A stretch of DNA of 64,000 bases from an uncultured Actinomycetes bacterium (GCA_963783865.1 CAWAPD010000002.1:54950-118949); one strand, 5' to 3'. Counted from the first letter of the stretch, positions 1 to 9,774 are shown. Notes: a model not told the origin generated them from the letters alone. Program-made: numbers and translations.

Positions 1-1
1 C

Positions 2-448
2 TCGTGGCTGAGCGGCCTGCCCGGCGAGACCTGGGCCGACATGGAGCAGACCTTCGACCTGATGGACGAGATGGGGCGGCGCAACCCCCGCACCCAGCAC
101 TACGGCATCTTCCTCTACACCCCGTTCCCCAGCCCGCTGCTCGACGAGCTGCCGCCGGAGTTCACGCCGCCGCAGACGCTGGCGGAGTGGGGCGAGATCG
201 AGGTCTTCCACTTCCTGCCGCCATGGCACGGCAAGGCCTACGTCGACCGCCTGCGCGCGGTGTCGGCCGTGACCCGCTACGCGTTCTATCCCGCGTCGCG
301 GATCGACGAGCACGGTCCGGTCTTCAGAGCCGGCTACCGGACGATGAACGGGCTGGCGCGGTGGCGCTGGCGCCACCGCGCCTTCGGGTTCCCGGTCGAG
401 CTGGCGGCGGCCAACGCCGCCTCCCGACGGCTGCGAGGGTTCCTGTGA
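2..448 (+). CDS. B12-binding radical SAM enzyme, C-terminal fragment (5' end outside window)
   Basis: The frame is open from the window edge. '..LSGLPGETWADMEQTFDLM..TPFPSPLLDEL' matches the C-terminal pattern (G-x-PGET..EQTF.L...P.P.S.L) of the two full-length paralogues at 3244-4566 and 4607-5962. Confidence 0.6.
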   Translation, partial: SWLSGLPGETWADMEQTFDLMDEMGRRNPRTQHYGIFLYTPFPSPLLDELPPEFTPPQTLAEWGEIEVFHFLPPWHGKAYVDRLRAVSAVTRYAFYPASRIDEHGPVFRAGYRTMNGLARWRWRHRAFGFPVELAAANAASRRLRGFL

Positions 449-477
449 GCGACGCGCCACGGAGCGACTGAAGGGAG

Positions 478-948
478 ATGCTGATGGCTGCGTTCCTGTC
501 CGGCGCGGGGTTCCTGGGGACCAAGGGGCAGCTCGGCGCCGACCTCTCGCTCGTCCTGATGGCGGTGACGGTGGCCCTGTTGACGGCCGGGATCGTGCTG
601 GTCAAGCGCGGCCACGAGGACGCGCACCGCTGGACCCAGACGGCGGCGGTGTGCCTCAGCACGGTGGTCGCCGTCGCCTGGATGGTCCGCTCGTTCGCGC
701 TCTACGTGCGCCCGGAGATCCCCGCGAAGCTGGGCCAGCGAGCGTACGCCGCCGACACCGTGCACGCGATCGTCGGCGCCGCCGGGGTGCTGCTCGGGGT
801 GTACGTGGTGCTCAGCGCCAGCAAGCTCCTGCCGAGGGCGCTGCAGTTCACGGACTACAAGGTGTGGATGCGGGTCTCGTACGCCGTCTACGTGCTCGGG
901 ATGATCGGCGGCGTCGCCGTCTACGTGATCGCGTACGGCGGCAACTAG
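478..948 (+). CDS. Small 4-TM membrane protein (DUF420-like, low certainty)
   Basis: ATG preceded by SD AAGGGAG. 156 aa with four hydrophobic helices and conserved-looking His residues (RGHEDAHRW, TVHAIVG). It sits in the tightly packed operon. Confidence 0.6.
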   Translation: MLMAAFLSGAGFLGTKGQLGADLSLVLMAVTVALLTAGIVLVKRGHEDAHRWTQTAAVCLSTVVAVAWMVRSFALYVRPEIPAKLGQRAYAADTVHAIVGAAGVLLGVYVVLSASKLLPRALQFTDYKVWMRVSYAVYVLGMIGGVAVYVIAYGGN

Positions 949-956
949 GAGGGCCG

Positions 957-2291
957 ATGCCGGCGCAGCAGCAGCCCGCGGGCGTCGCGCCGGTCGCCAC
1001 GGCCCCCTGGCAAGGGGGCCGCTGGCGGCGCTTCGCGACGCCCGACCGGCGGCTGCTGGCCCTGAGCATCGGCCTGCAGCTCGTCCTTGCCGCCCTGCTC
1101 GGCCACTCCTACGACACCAAGGTCTTCCTGGCCACCGGCTACCTCGCCGGCGGCGGCCACGACCCGTACGTCGCCCAGAACGTCATCGGCGTGTTCCACC
1201 ACACGGGCTTCAGCGTGATCGACTCGGTCGGCTACCCGCCGCCGTGGCCGCTGGCGCTCGGCCTGCTGTACCTGGCCGCCTGGGCGCCGTTCCACTCCCT
1301 GGTCCTGTACGCCGTCGCGATCAAGCTGCCGGTGATCGCCGCCGGCGTCGGCCTCGCTTACCTGACCGCGGCCTGGCTGCAGAACCTGGGGGTCCCCGCC
1401 GAGCGGTGCCGCAGGGCCTGGATCTTCGTGCTGTTCAACCCGTTCCTGCTGTTCGTCGGCGCCGCCTGGGGGCAGATCGACGCGATCGTGGCCCTGCTGG
1501 CCCTGGCCGCCCTGGCGCTGCTGGTGAGCGGGCGGCGGTCGGCCTCGGCGCTCGCGCTGGCCCTGGCGGTCTGCGTCAAGCCGACCGCCGCCCCGATCCT
1601 GCTGGTCGCGCTCGCCTACCTGGCCGTGCGCTCGGGCCGCCGGGCGCTGGTCTACGGAGGCACGTTCGTGGCCGGCGTGTTCGTCTTCTACGTGCTGCCG
1701 TTCCTGGCGCTCGGCTGGAGCGCCGCGCCGCTCAAGCACACCAACGCCGAGTTCACGGCCAGCGGCGGCATGTCGCTCATGACCGTGGCGCGGGTCTTCC
1801 ACGACCCGCTGATCCTGCGCGGGCACTGGTGGCTGCTGGGCCTCGCCTGGGTCGTCGCGCTCGCCGTAGCGGCGCTTGCGCTGCGCCGCGGCGTGGGCGA
1901 CGCCGACGACCTCGTGAGCAAGAGCGCCGCGCTGGTCCTGGTGTTCTTCCTCACGCGCACCTGGCTCTCGGAGCCGAACGCGGTGCTGCTGCTGCCGCTG
2001 GTGCTGATCCTCACCACGCGCGGCCGGCTGGACGGGAGGGCCCTGACCGTCGTCTGGGTGGTCCCGCTGCTGTACGCCGTGGCCAACGCGGCGCCGCTGC
2101 AGACGCTGTGGCTGCTGTTCCCCGGCGCCATGCAGCGATCGCTGGACTGGATCGCGAACTACGGCCACGTGACGCTGCTGGCGCGCGCCGCGCTGGTCCT
2201 GGTCTGGGAGACCGCCGGCTGGTGGATCGTGGTCGCCTGTCTGCGGCGACGGCCGGCGCGGGCGGCCGCGCTCGAGGCGGTGGCCGCATGA
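957..2291 (+). CDS. Polytopic membrane glycosyltransferase, GT-C fold-like (PMT/DUF2029/PIG-type mannosyltransferase-like)
   Basis: ATG 957 lies 4 nt after SD AGGAGGG. About 444 aa with many TM helices and an acidic first-loop segment 'HSYDTKVFLATGY'. The 651-956 part of the track ORF is Arg/Pro-rich GC artefact overlapping the preceding gene. Confidence 0.6.
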   Translation: MPAQQQPAGVAPVATAPWQGGRWRRFATPDRRLLALSIGLQLVLAALLGHSYDTKVFLATGYLAGGGHDPYVAQNVIGVFHHTGFSVIDSVGYPPPWPLALGLLYLAAWAPFHSLVLYAVAIKLPVIAAGVGLAYLTAAWLQNLGVPAERCRRAWIFVLFNPFLLFVGAAWGQIDAIVALLALAALALLVSGRRSASALALALAVCVKPTAAPILLVALAYLAVRSGRRALVYGGTFVAGVFVFYVLPFLALGWSAAPLKHTNAEFTASGGMSLMTVARVFHDPLILRGHWWLLGLAWVVALAVAALALRRGVGDADDLVSKSAALVLVFFLTRTWLSEPNAVLLLPLVLILTTRGRLDGRALTVVWVVPLLYAVANAAPLQTLWLLFPGAMQRSLDWIANYGHVTLLARAALVLVWETAGWWIVVACLRRRPARAAALEAVAA

Positions 2292-3247
2292 GCGCGGCCG
2301 CGAAGACGGCCGGTGGCGCGGGCACGAAGGCCGCCCCACGGGCCCGGCCGCACGCGCTCCCCGGCGTGGTCCTCCCGATCGTCGACGACCGGCTGACGCT
2401 GCGCATCAACGACGGCGACGGCGGCGCACGGGACGGTTCCGGCAGAGCGGCCGGCGGGCCCGGCGACGGCGCCGAGCCCGGCTTCCCGACCTCCCGCCTG
2501 CGCGCGGGACTGGCCCTCTGGGACGGCGGGAGCGACCTGTCGGAGGAGGGCGTGGGCTTCGGCGTGCCGGTGCTCACGATGGGCACGCGGGCCGTGTTCC
2601 CCGGTCACGTGCGGCTCGTCGTCGCAGACGACGAGCCGCACAGACGGCTGACGGCGACCTTCGACCTCGACCTGGTCGAGCGCCTCACCCGGCGGGACGG
2701 CGCCGTCGTCGGCTCGCGGCCGCTCTACGCGGTCAAGAACGGGCTGGCCGCGCTGCACCGGCGGATGCCGGCGCTGCGCGGCCCCCTGACCGCCGTCTCG
2801 AGCGGCGTGCGGCGGACGTTCGCGCTGACGACGACCTACGAGCAGACCGAGCCGATCGCCACGATAGCCGTGACCTTCGAGGTCGAGCGGGGCGGCGGCG
2901 CGATCGCCGTGACGGCCGACCTCGCCGGCGTGCCCTGGGACCGCGTCGACGAGGTCGCCCTGATGAACGAGCAGGGGGCGCACGCCTTCCCGCGCTACCG
3001 CGACTCGTCGGGCGCGGAGCTGACCGGCGAGGCCATCGGCGCCTGGGACGAGGTGGCGGCGGAGAAGGCCACGTTCGTGAGCCGGGCTCACCGCGTGGCC
3101 TTCTCCGCCGCCCGCGCCGAGGGCGCGACCCTGCGTCGCGGCCGCGAGCTGGTCGGGTCGCGCCTGGCGTGGTCCGGGTTCGGCTACCGCGTCGCCCGGG
3201 GCGCAGCCGCCTTTCGCTACGAGCTGAGCGTCGAGAGGGCGCCATGA
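2288..3247 (+). CDS. Hypothetical soluble protein (319 aa), operon member
   Basis: The ATG at 2288 overlaps the upstream stop (ATGA), and its own stop overlaps the next start (ATGA at 3244). High third-position GC. I recognise no family. Confidence 0.55.
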   Translation: MSAAAKTAGGAGTKAAPRARPHALPGVVLPIVDDRLTLRINDGDGGARDGSGRAAGGPGDGAEPGFPTSRLRAGLALWDGGSDLSEEGVGFGVPVLTMGTRAVFPGHVRLVVADDEPHRRLTATFDLDLVERLTRRDGAVVGSRPLYAVKNGLAALHRRMPALRGPLTAVSSGVRRTFALTTTYEQTEPIATIAVTFEVERGGGAIAVTADLAGVPWDRVDEVALMNEQGAHAFPRYRDSSGAELTGEAIGAWDEVAAEKATFVSRAHRVAFSAARAEGATLRRGRELVGSRLAWSGFGYRVARGAAAFRYELSVERAP

Positions 3248-4566
3248 GCCGCTTGCTGCTCGTCTATCCGTTCTTCCGGCGCTCGCTCGACCGCTCGCGC
3301 TTCCGTTTCCCGCCGCTGGGCATCGCCTACCTCGCCTCGGCGGCGCGCCAGGCCGGTCACGAAGTGAGCCTGCTCGACTGCACGTTCCTGAGTCGCGCCG
3401 AGGCCGTCCGCCGGGTGAGCGAGGCCGGTGCCGACGCGATCGGGATCTCCTGCATGGCGACGATGCTCGACGACTGCCTGGCGCTCGCCAGGGCCGCCCG
3501 CGACCACTGCGGTCTGCTGATCGCCGGCGGTCCGCTGGCCACCTGCGAGCCCCAAGCCTTCCTCGAGGCTTTCGACGTGGTCGTGCAGGGCGAGGGCGAG
3601 CACACGCTGGTCGAGGTGCTCGCGACGTGGGAGGCCGGCGACGACCCGGCGCGAGTGCCGGGCGTCGCCGGGGCCGCGCCGCGCCCGTTCGAGCGCGACC
3701 TCGACCGGCTGCCGCCGCCGGCCCGCGAGCTGCTTCCCAACGCCGACTACATCCGCCTCGGGCGCAAGCGCTACGGCTACGCGATCACGACCGTGATGAG
3801 CACCCGCGGCTGTCCCTTCGACTGCGAGTTCTGCAGCAACGTCGTCTTCGGCGAGTCGTTCCGCGCGCGCTCGGCCTGGAGCGTGGTCGACGAGATGGAG
3901 CAGGCCCTGGAGCTGGGCTACGACCGGATCTCGTTCGCCGACGACGTGTTCACGCTGGACGCCGGGCGGGTGGCCGAGATCTGCGAGCAGATCGAGCGCC
4001 GCCGGCTCGGGTGCCGCTGGGAGTGCCTGGCCCGGGTCGACAGCTTCGACGAGGCCACGGCGCGGCGACTGCTGCAGGGCGGCTGCTTCCGCGTGTACTT
4101 CGGCATCGAGTCGGGCAGCGACCGCGTGCTGCAGCTCATGGACAAGCGGATCACCACGGAGCAGGCGGCGCGGGCGGTCGCGACCGCCCGCGCCGCCGGA
4201 CTCGAGGCCGGCGCCTTCTTCATCCTGTGCTATCCGGGCGACACCGACGACACGGCGCTCGACACCCTGCGTCTGGCGAGCTCGCTGCCACTGGACTACC
4301 TCGGCCTGGGGATGCCCTATCCGCTGCCCGGCACGCGCCTGCGCGAGCGCGTCGCCGGCGAGGTGCGCACGACACGGCCCGACGGCAGCCTGCTGCTCAA
4401 CCAGACGCTCACCTACGACGGCGACTTCTCGAGCCTGAAGATGCGCTTCGGGATCGTGAAGGGGCAGACGCAGCACAGGATGCGGCGGCGTCTCGGCAGG
4501 GTGGCGCCGGCGGCGCTGTGGGCGTTCGAGAAGCCGACCGACGCGCTGTTCCGGCTGCTGAAGTGA
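3244..4566 (+). CDS. B12-binding domain radical SAM enzyme
   Basis: N-terminal B12-binding-type segment 'LLLVYPFF..FPPLGIAYLASAARQAGHEVSLLD'. Radical SAM cluster motif 'CPFDCEFC' (CxxxCxxC). 'GIESGS' motif. Confidence 0.88.
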   Translation: MSRLLLVYPFFRRSLDRSRFRFPPLGIAYLASAARQAGHEVSLLDCTFLSRAEAVRRVSEAGADAIGISCMATMLDDCLALARAARDHCGLLIAGGPLATCEPQAFLEAFDVVVQGEGEHTLVEVLATWEAGDDPARVPGVAGAAPRPFERDLDRLPPPARELLPNADYIRLGRKRYGYAITTVMSTRGCPFDCEFCSNVVFGESFRARSAWSVVDEMEQALELGYDRISFADDVFTLDAGRVAEICEQIERRRLGCRWECLARVDSFDEATARRLLQGGCFRVYFGIESGSDRVLQLMDKRITTEQAARAVATARAAGLEAGAFFILCYPGDTDDTALDTLRLASSLPLDYLGLGMPYPLPGTRLRERVAGEVRTTRPDGSLLLNQTLTYDGDFSSLKMRFGIVKGQTQHRMRRRLGRVAPAALWAFEKPTDALFRLLK

Positions 4567-4605
4567 GGGCGGGCGGCGGGCGCCCGCGGCGCCCGCCGCC
4601 CGCCC
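4567..4605. terminator. GC-rich perfect hairpin between convergent genes (18-bp stem, 3-nt loop)
   Basis: GGGCGGGCGGCGGGCGCC-CGC-GGCGCCCGCCGCCCGCCC, verified base by base. It lies between the stops at 4566 (+) and 4607 (-). There is no U-tract. Confidence 0.6.
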
Positions 4606-4606
4606 C

Positions 4607-5962
4607 CTACGCTTCCTTCTGGCCTCCGCCCGCGAACGCCGCCATCGTCTCGTCGACCCGGCGGCGCAGCCAGGCCGCGTCGATCCCCGACGGGTAGAGG
4701 AAGGTCACTTCGTTCTCGCGCGTCCAGTCGCGACCCTCGTCAGGACGGCCCAGGCGCTCGAACAGCGCCGATCCCGGCAGCGGCACCGGCACGTTGAACG
4801 AGATCTCGCTGAGCGGCAGCGTCAGCGCCAGGCGGAAGGTCTGCTCGATCGAGTCCACCGTCTCGCCCGGATAGCCGACGATGAAGAACGCGCCCACCTC
4901 GATGCCCGCGTCGCGGTAGACCTGCGCCGTGTGCGCGCCCTGCTCGATCGTCGTCTGCTTGTTCATCAGGCGCAGGGTCTCGGGGCTGCCCGACTCGAGC
5001 CCGAGGTAGACCTCGCGGCAGCCCGCCTCCTTCATCAGTCGCGCCGTCGCCGGCTCGATCCCGTCGGCTCTCGACAGGCAGCTCCAGCTCAGGCCCATCG
5101 GCGCGATGCGCCGGCAGAACTCCTCGAGGAACGGGCGGCTCAGGGTGAAGGTGTCGTCGGCGATCCACAGGGCGTCGTAGCCGAGGGCGCGGATCTCCTC
5201 GACCTCGGCGAAGACCGAGTCGAGCGGACGGCGGCGCACCACGTTGCCGAAGACGGGCCGCGAGCAGAAGTCGCAGCCGTACGGACAGCCGAGCGTGGTC
5301 ATGATCGAGGTGACCCTGGAGCCCGTCTTGCCCAGCCACTCAGCCTGATAGGCGGCGTGGTCGAACTGGCTGCGGTCGGGCGGCGGGAAGGTCGCGAGCT
5401 CGGCCTCGGTGTGATGCACCAGGGCGTTGTCGGTGGGTCGGCCGTGGTCGGCGACGAACAGCCCGCCGTAGCGGTCGAGCGCCAGCCGGTCGAGGTGGCG
5501 CCGCCCGGCGCCGTCCCCCAGGTACTCTTCGCAGAAGGCGGGGAAGCTGACGTCGGCCTCGCCGCGGAAGACGGCGTCGACGCGGCCGGCGTAGCGGCCG
5601 GGGAACACCGTCGGGAGCGGGCCGCCGACGACGACGAGCGCGTCGGGCAGGTCGGCCCTGACGGCCGCCGCCAGGCGCAGCGTGTTGCCGGTGAGGCTGA
5701 CCATCGAGGAGACTCCGACGATGTCGGGACGCCAGTCGGCGAGGTCGCGACGAAGGTCCTCGAAGCTGCGGAACGTGCCGTCGAGGACCTTCGTCGCGAT
5801 CCCCCGCGCGCGCAGCTGCGCGGCCAGGCTCGCGATCCCCAGCGGCGGGAACAGCATCTCGGTCGGCACCCGCGTGCGGAAGTACGGGAACACGAGCGCG
5901 ACCCTCTGCGACCCGCTCCTCTTCACCCCTGCCCCATCCGGTCGTTGCCCGGTCGACCCCAT
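4607..5962 (-). CDS. B12-binding domain radical SAM enzyme (paralogue)
   Basis: 'VALVFPYF..FPPLGIASLAAQLRARGIATKVLDGTF', 'CPYGCDFC' and 'GLESGS'. Start taken at ATG 5962 (MGSTGQ..). A GTG a few codons downstream is also possible. The upstream part of the 513-aa track ORF is not convincing. Confidence 0.85.
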   Translation of the reverse strand: MGSTGQRPDGAGVKRSGSQRVALVFPYFRTRVPTEMLFPPLGIASLAAQLRARGIATKVLDGTFRSFEDLRRDLADWRPDIVGVSSMVSLTGNTLRLAAAVRADLPDALVVVGGPLPTVFPGRYAGRVDAVFRGEADVSFPAFCEEYLGDGAGRRHLDRLALDRYGGLFVADHGRPTDNALVHHTEAELATFPPPDRSQFDHAAYQAEWLGKTGSRVTSIMTTLGCPYGCDFCSRPVFGNVVRRRPLDSVFAEVEEIRALGYDALWIADDTFTLSRPFLEEFCRRIAPMGLSWSCLSRADGIEPATARLMKEAGCREVYLGLESGSPETLRLMNKQTTIEQGAHTAQVYRDAGIEVGAFFIVGYPGETVDSIEQTFRLALTLPLSEISFNVPVPLPGSALFERLGRPDEGRDWTRENEVTFLYPSGIDAAWLRRRVDETMAAFAGGGQKEA

Positions 5963-6126
5963 CGTACTCGTGAAGGCCGTTGGCTGTCGGCGTTTGATGC
6001 AGGCAGCCGCCAAAGGCACCGCCCCACCCGCCCGACGGCCGTTGCCGTCGGCTACACTGGCCACGCGTGTGTCATGCCAGCGCGCTGGCGGCGTACCGCC
6101 GCCCCGCCACGACGAGGGGGTCGTCC

Positions 6127-7803
6127 ATGTCACCACAACGCACGGCACGCTCGAGGGTGCGTGCCGCCGGTCTTGGCGCGCTCGCTCTGCTCACCGTCTG
6201 CGTGACCCTGGCGATCGGCACGAGTCCTGCGTCCGCCAAGGGCAAGGTCGCAATCACACAGTTCGTCGACCCGCTTCCCATGCTGCCGGTCGCCCAGCCC
6301 ACATCGGTCGACCCCGACGGCACGCAGCACTACGACATCGTCATGTCGCAGTTCACCCAGCAGATCGCACACGGCTTGCCGCCGACAGTCGTCTGGGGCT
6401 ACAACGGCTCGGTCCCGGGTCCGATCATCGCCGTCACCAAGGACGTGCCGGCCGTCATCACCTGGGACAACGAGCTGCCGCTCGTGCCGCTGCTGACCAT
6501 CGACCACACGATCATGGGCGCCGACGAGATGACGCCGGACGTGCGCGCCGTGGTCCACGTCCACGGCGCGCACGTCCCGCCGGCCATCGACGGCCTCCCG
6601 GAGCAGTGGTACACGCCGGGCAACTCCGTCACCAACACCTATCCCAACGACCAGCGCGCCGCCGACCTCATCTACCACGACCACGCGCTGGGCATCACCC
6701 GGCTCAACGTCTACGCCGGGCTCATCGGCGCCTACGTCATCGTCGATCCGCTCGAGGCCGCCCTCAAGCTGCCGTCGGGCAGGTTCGACGTCGCCCTCGC
6801 CGTGCAAGACAAGACCTTCGACCGCGATCCCGACTCGCCCAGCTTCGGCCAGCTCGTCTACCCGGCTACGTGGGTGCCGGAGTACTTCGGCGACACCATC
6901 CTCGTCAACGGCACGGCGTGGCCGTACGAGAGGGTCCAGGCACGCAAGTACCGGTTCCGCGTGTACAACGCCGCCAACGATCGCTTCTTCGACTTCCGCT
7001 TCTCCAACGGCATGAGCTTCTGGCAGATCGGCACCGACGGCGGCCTGCTGTCGCACCCCGCCAAGATCCGCCACCTGCTGCTGGGGCCGGGCGAGCGCGC
7101 CGACGTCGTCGTGGACTTCGCCGCTCATCGGGGCGAGCGCATACTGCTGAGGAACACCGCGGTCACACCGTATCCGAGCGGCGACCCGGACGATCCCGCC
7201 ACGACCGGCAAGGTCATGCAGTTCCGCGTCGGGGCCGCGAAGGTGAGCGACCAGAGTCGCCTGCCGGAGACGCTCTCGACCGACATCCCCACCGCGGCCA
7301 GCCTCGTTGCGAAGGCGGCGCAGACCCGCGACATCACGCTGAGTGAAGCGCCCGACCTCACGCACCCCGACCCCGAGGAGCCCAATCAATACCTGCCGGA
7401 GCCGCTGCTCGAGGGCCTCCACTACGACGACCCGGTGACGATCACGCCCAAGCTCGGCACGACCGAGGTCTGGCGCTACATCAACCTGACGATGGACGCG
7501 CATCCGATGCACGAGCACGACGTGATGAACCGCATCGTGGCGCGGATCCCCTTCGATGCGAAGGCCTACTGGCACGACCAGGTGCTAGCGCAGCTCAAGC
7601 CGCTCGAGCACTACTTCACCGGACCGCCGGTCAAGCCATCGCCACGTGAGGACGGATGGAAGGACACGGTGCGCTGCCCGCCCGGCTACGTCACCGAGGT
7701 CGTGATGACGTTCACCGACTTCACCGGCACCTACGTCTACCACTGCCACATCCTGGCGCACGAAGAGCACGACATGATGCGGCCGTTCGAGGTGGTGCCC
7801 TGA
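6127..7803 (+). CDS. Multicopper oxidase (CotA/bilirubin-oxidase/laccase-like), secreted
   Basis: Four copper motifs are present: 'HVHGAH', 'YHDHA', 'HPMHEH' and 'HCHILAHEEHDMM'. The N-terminus has a signal-like 'RSRVRAAGLGALALLTVCVTLAIG'. Confidence 0.92.
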   Translation: MSPQRTARSRVRAAGLGALALLTVCVTLAIGTSPASAKGKVAITQFVDPLPMLPVAQPTSVDPDGTQHYDIVMSQFTQQIAHGLPPTVVWGYNGSVPGPIIAVTKDVPAVITWDNELPLVPLLTIDHTIMGADEMTPDVRAVVHVHGAHVPPAIDGLPEQWYTPGNSVTNTYPNDQRAADLIYHDHALGITRLNVYAGLIGAYVIVDPLEAALKLPSGRFDVALAVQDKTFDRDPDSPSFGQLVYPATWVPEYFGDTILVNGTAWPYERVQARKYRFRVYNAANDRFFDFRFSNGMSFWQIGTDGGLLSHPAKIRHLLLGPGERADVVVDFAAHRGERILLRNTAVTPYPSGDPDDPATTGKVMQFRVGAAKVSDQSRLPETLSTDIPTAASLVAKAAQTRDITLSEAPDLTHPDPEEPNQYLPEPLLEGLHYDDPVTITPKLGTTEVWRYINLTMDAHPMHEHDVMNRIVARIPFDAKAYWHDQVLAQLKPLEHYFTGPPVKPSPREDGWKDTVRCPPGYVTEVVMTFTDFTGTYVYHCHILAHEEHDMMRPFEVVP

Positions 7804-7836
7804 GCCAAGGCAGGTGACCTCCCTGCCGAACGCCGG

Positions 7837-7874
7837 AGGGGGCGGGGGTAGGCTGTGCCTCACCCCCGCCCCCT
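7837..7874 (+). terminator. Hairpin after the multicopper oxidase gene (13-bp stem, 12-nt loop)
   Basis: AGGGGGCGGGGGT ... ACCCCCGCCCCCT, about 35 nt after the stop at 7803. Confidence 0.5.
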
Positions 7875-7973
7875 TCTCGCATCACCCCTCGTGCGCGGCG
7901 CCCCGCCGGACTTCGTCCTCGCAGCGGTCCGCGAGCACCAAGTAGACTTCGTCCGGTCGGCAAGGGAGGCGCG

Positions 7974-8966
7974 ATGGGCTGGATCGAGAAGGCCGTCGCC
8001 GCGGGCGGCGAGGCGCGGACGACGCTGGAAGAGGTCGAGGAGGGGCTGTTCGTCGACCTCGGCGACTCGCGCGCCAAGCTCTCGCAGTTTTGGGTGCTGC
8101 TCGTCCTCTCGAGCCTGATCGCCGCCGGCGGCGTCGTCGGCAACTCCACCCCGGCCGTCATCGGCGCGATGATCGTGGCCCCCTTGGCGACGCCCATCTA
8201 CGGGGTGGCCCTCGCCACCGTCATCGGGTCGGCCCGACGCCTGCGGACGGCTCTCCTGCTGCTCGTCGGCGGCATCGCGGTCAACATCGCCCTCGGCGTC
8301 ATCGTCGGGCTGGTCACCTTTGAGCGCATGCCGGTCGACCTGAACCCCCAGATCGTGGGCCGCACGTCACCTACGCTTCTCGACCTCGGCGTCGCCACCG
8401 CGACCGGCGTGGCCGGAGCCTTCGCCCTGGCCCGGCGGGACGTCTCGAACATCCTCGCCGGCGTGGCGATCGCGATCTCGTTAGTGCCGGTGCTCGCCGT
8501 GGTAGGGATCACGCTGGGCGCCGGCCACTTCACTCAGGCGGTCGGCGCCCTCCTGCTCTTCCTCGCCAACGTGGCCGCCATCCTCATCGGGGGAGTGGTC
8601 GTGTTCGGCGCTGCGGGATTCGGACGCGCCGCGCGCGACCGCGACCCCCGCATCGCGCGGCGCGCGCATGCTTTCGTCGCCATTTTCGTCGTCGTGATCC
8701 TCGTGCCTTTGAGCCTCGAGACGCTGCGGACCTACCGCTACGAGAACTGGAAGAACAAGGTCGACGCGACGGCCACCACATGGGTGAAGGGCTCGGGCTG
8801 GCAGGTCCAGTCGGTCGCACAGGAGGGCACCGACATCGTCATCTCGGTGATAGGACCTGGTCCCGGGCCGTCTGTGACCGACCTGCGCGCGGCGGTGCGG
8901 CAGGATGTTCCCGCCCGCGTGAGCGTCAAGCTGGTCGAGGCCAGCGGCACGACGACGTCGCTCTGA
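7974..8966 (+). CDS. DUF389-family integral membrane protein
   Basis: SD AAGGGAGG lies upstream of the ATG. 'AAGGVVGNSTPAVIGAMIVAPLATPIYGVALA' and a second similar repeat 'ILAGVAIAISLVPVLAVVG' are typical of DUF389/TIGR00341-type proteins. Confidence 0.65.
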   Translation: MGWIEKAVAAGGEARTTLEEVEEGLFVDLGDSRAKLSQFWVLLVLSSLIAAGGVVGNSTPAVIGAMIVAPLATPIYGVALATVIGSARRLRTALLLLVGGIAVNIALGVIVGLVTFERMPVDLNPQIVGRTSPTLLDLGVATATGVAGAFALARRDVSNILAGVAIAISLVPVLAVVGITLGAGHFTQAVGALLLFLANVAAILIGGVVVFGAAGFGRAARDRDPRIARRAHAFVAIFVVVILVPLSLETLRTYRYENWKNKVDATATTWVKGSGWQVQSVAQEGTDIVISVIGPGPGPSVTDLRAAVRQDVPARVSVKLVEASGTTTSL

Positions 8967-9001
8967 CAACGGCGGCGCCGAGCCCGCGGCCTGCCGCCGC
9001 C

Positions 9002-9310
9002 TCACGTCCGGCGCTCGTCTTCCCTGTTGCCCGGGTCGACCGCGCCTCTCTGGCGCTGCCGCTCCATCTCGCGCTGCACTTCGGCGTGGGTGATCGGCCT
9101 GCGTCCGAACACCTCCCAGGCGTGCAGGACGAGGCCGATGCCCCAGCCCGCCATCACCCAGCCGGGCCAGAAGTAGCCGCGCCCGCCGACGAAGTACCAG
9201 ATGCCGACGAGGAACGCATTGACCACCACATAGGCCACGACGTCGGTCCAGAACTCGCGCTTGCGCCGCAGCTGTCTGATCGCCTGATCGCGCAGCGCCT
9301 GCTCATCCAC
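9002..9310 (-). CDS. 2TM-domain small membrane protein
   Basis: GTG start with SD GAAGGAGG. 'RRKREFWTDVVAYVVVNAFLVGIWYF..GYFWPGWVMAGWGIGLVLHAW' matches the 2TM domain pattern. Confidence 0.7.
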   Translation of the reverse strand: MDEQALRDQAIRQLRRKREFWTDVVAYVVVNAFLVGIWYFVGGRGYFWPGWVMAGWGIGLVLHAWEVFGRRPITHAEVQREMERQRQRGAVDPGNREDERRT

Positions 9311-9491
9311 GATGACCGCCTCCTTCGCTCTGCCTGGCGCGGGCGGCGGCTACGTCGCCGCCCGCGCCGCCCCTTCGGATTCCGCCGCGTGCTGCCCGAC
9401 CGTTGTTCCCGTCGAAGACGAACGCCAGCATCGTCGGCGCGGGGTATGCTCTCCAGGTCGCGGTCAACGCTGCAGGACGGCGGAGGAACAC

Positions 9492-9770
9492 ATGGCACAG
9501 AAGAGGCTCGACCCGGCCGGTTACCTCAAACCGAGGGACGTGGGCACCCTGCCGAGGCGGCGGGGGCGCCCGGTGTCGTCCTTCTACCCCGATCTCGTCA
9601 CCGCCTTCCTTGCCGCCGGCGAGGTGGCGATGGACGTCGACGTGGCCCGCATCGGCCGCAAGCCCGACACCGTGCGCTCGGCGCTGTCGAAGGCGATCCG
9701 CACCCTCGGCGCCCAGGACAAGGTGCGGGTGGCGCGGTACGGCGACGAGGTCGTCCTGATCGCGAAGTGA
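9492..9770 (+). CDS. Hypothetical small protein (92 aa)
   Basis: ATG at 9492 preceded by GGAGGAA. High GC3. Followed by a strong hairpin. No family recognised. Confidence 0.5.
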   Translation: MAQKRLDPAGYLKPRDVGTLPRRRGRPVSSFYPDLVTAFLAAGEVAMDVDVARIGRKPDTVRSALSKAIRTLGAQDKVRVARYGDEVVLIAK

Positions 9771-9774
9771 CGCG

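Noticed and set aside
6127-6250. Twin-arginine (Tat) signal on the multicopper oxidase
   Set aside because: 'TARSRVRAAGLG' has two Arg residues separated by V and lacks the S/T-R-R-x-F-L-K pattern. Export is likely, but the pathway cannot be decided from this sequence.
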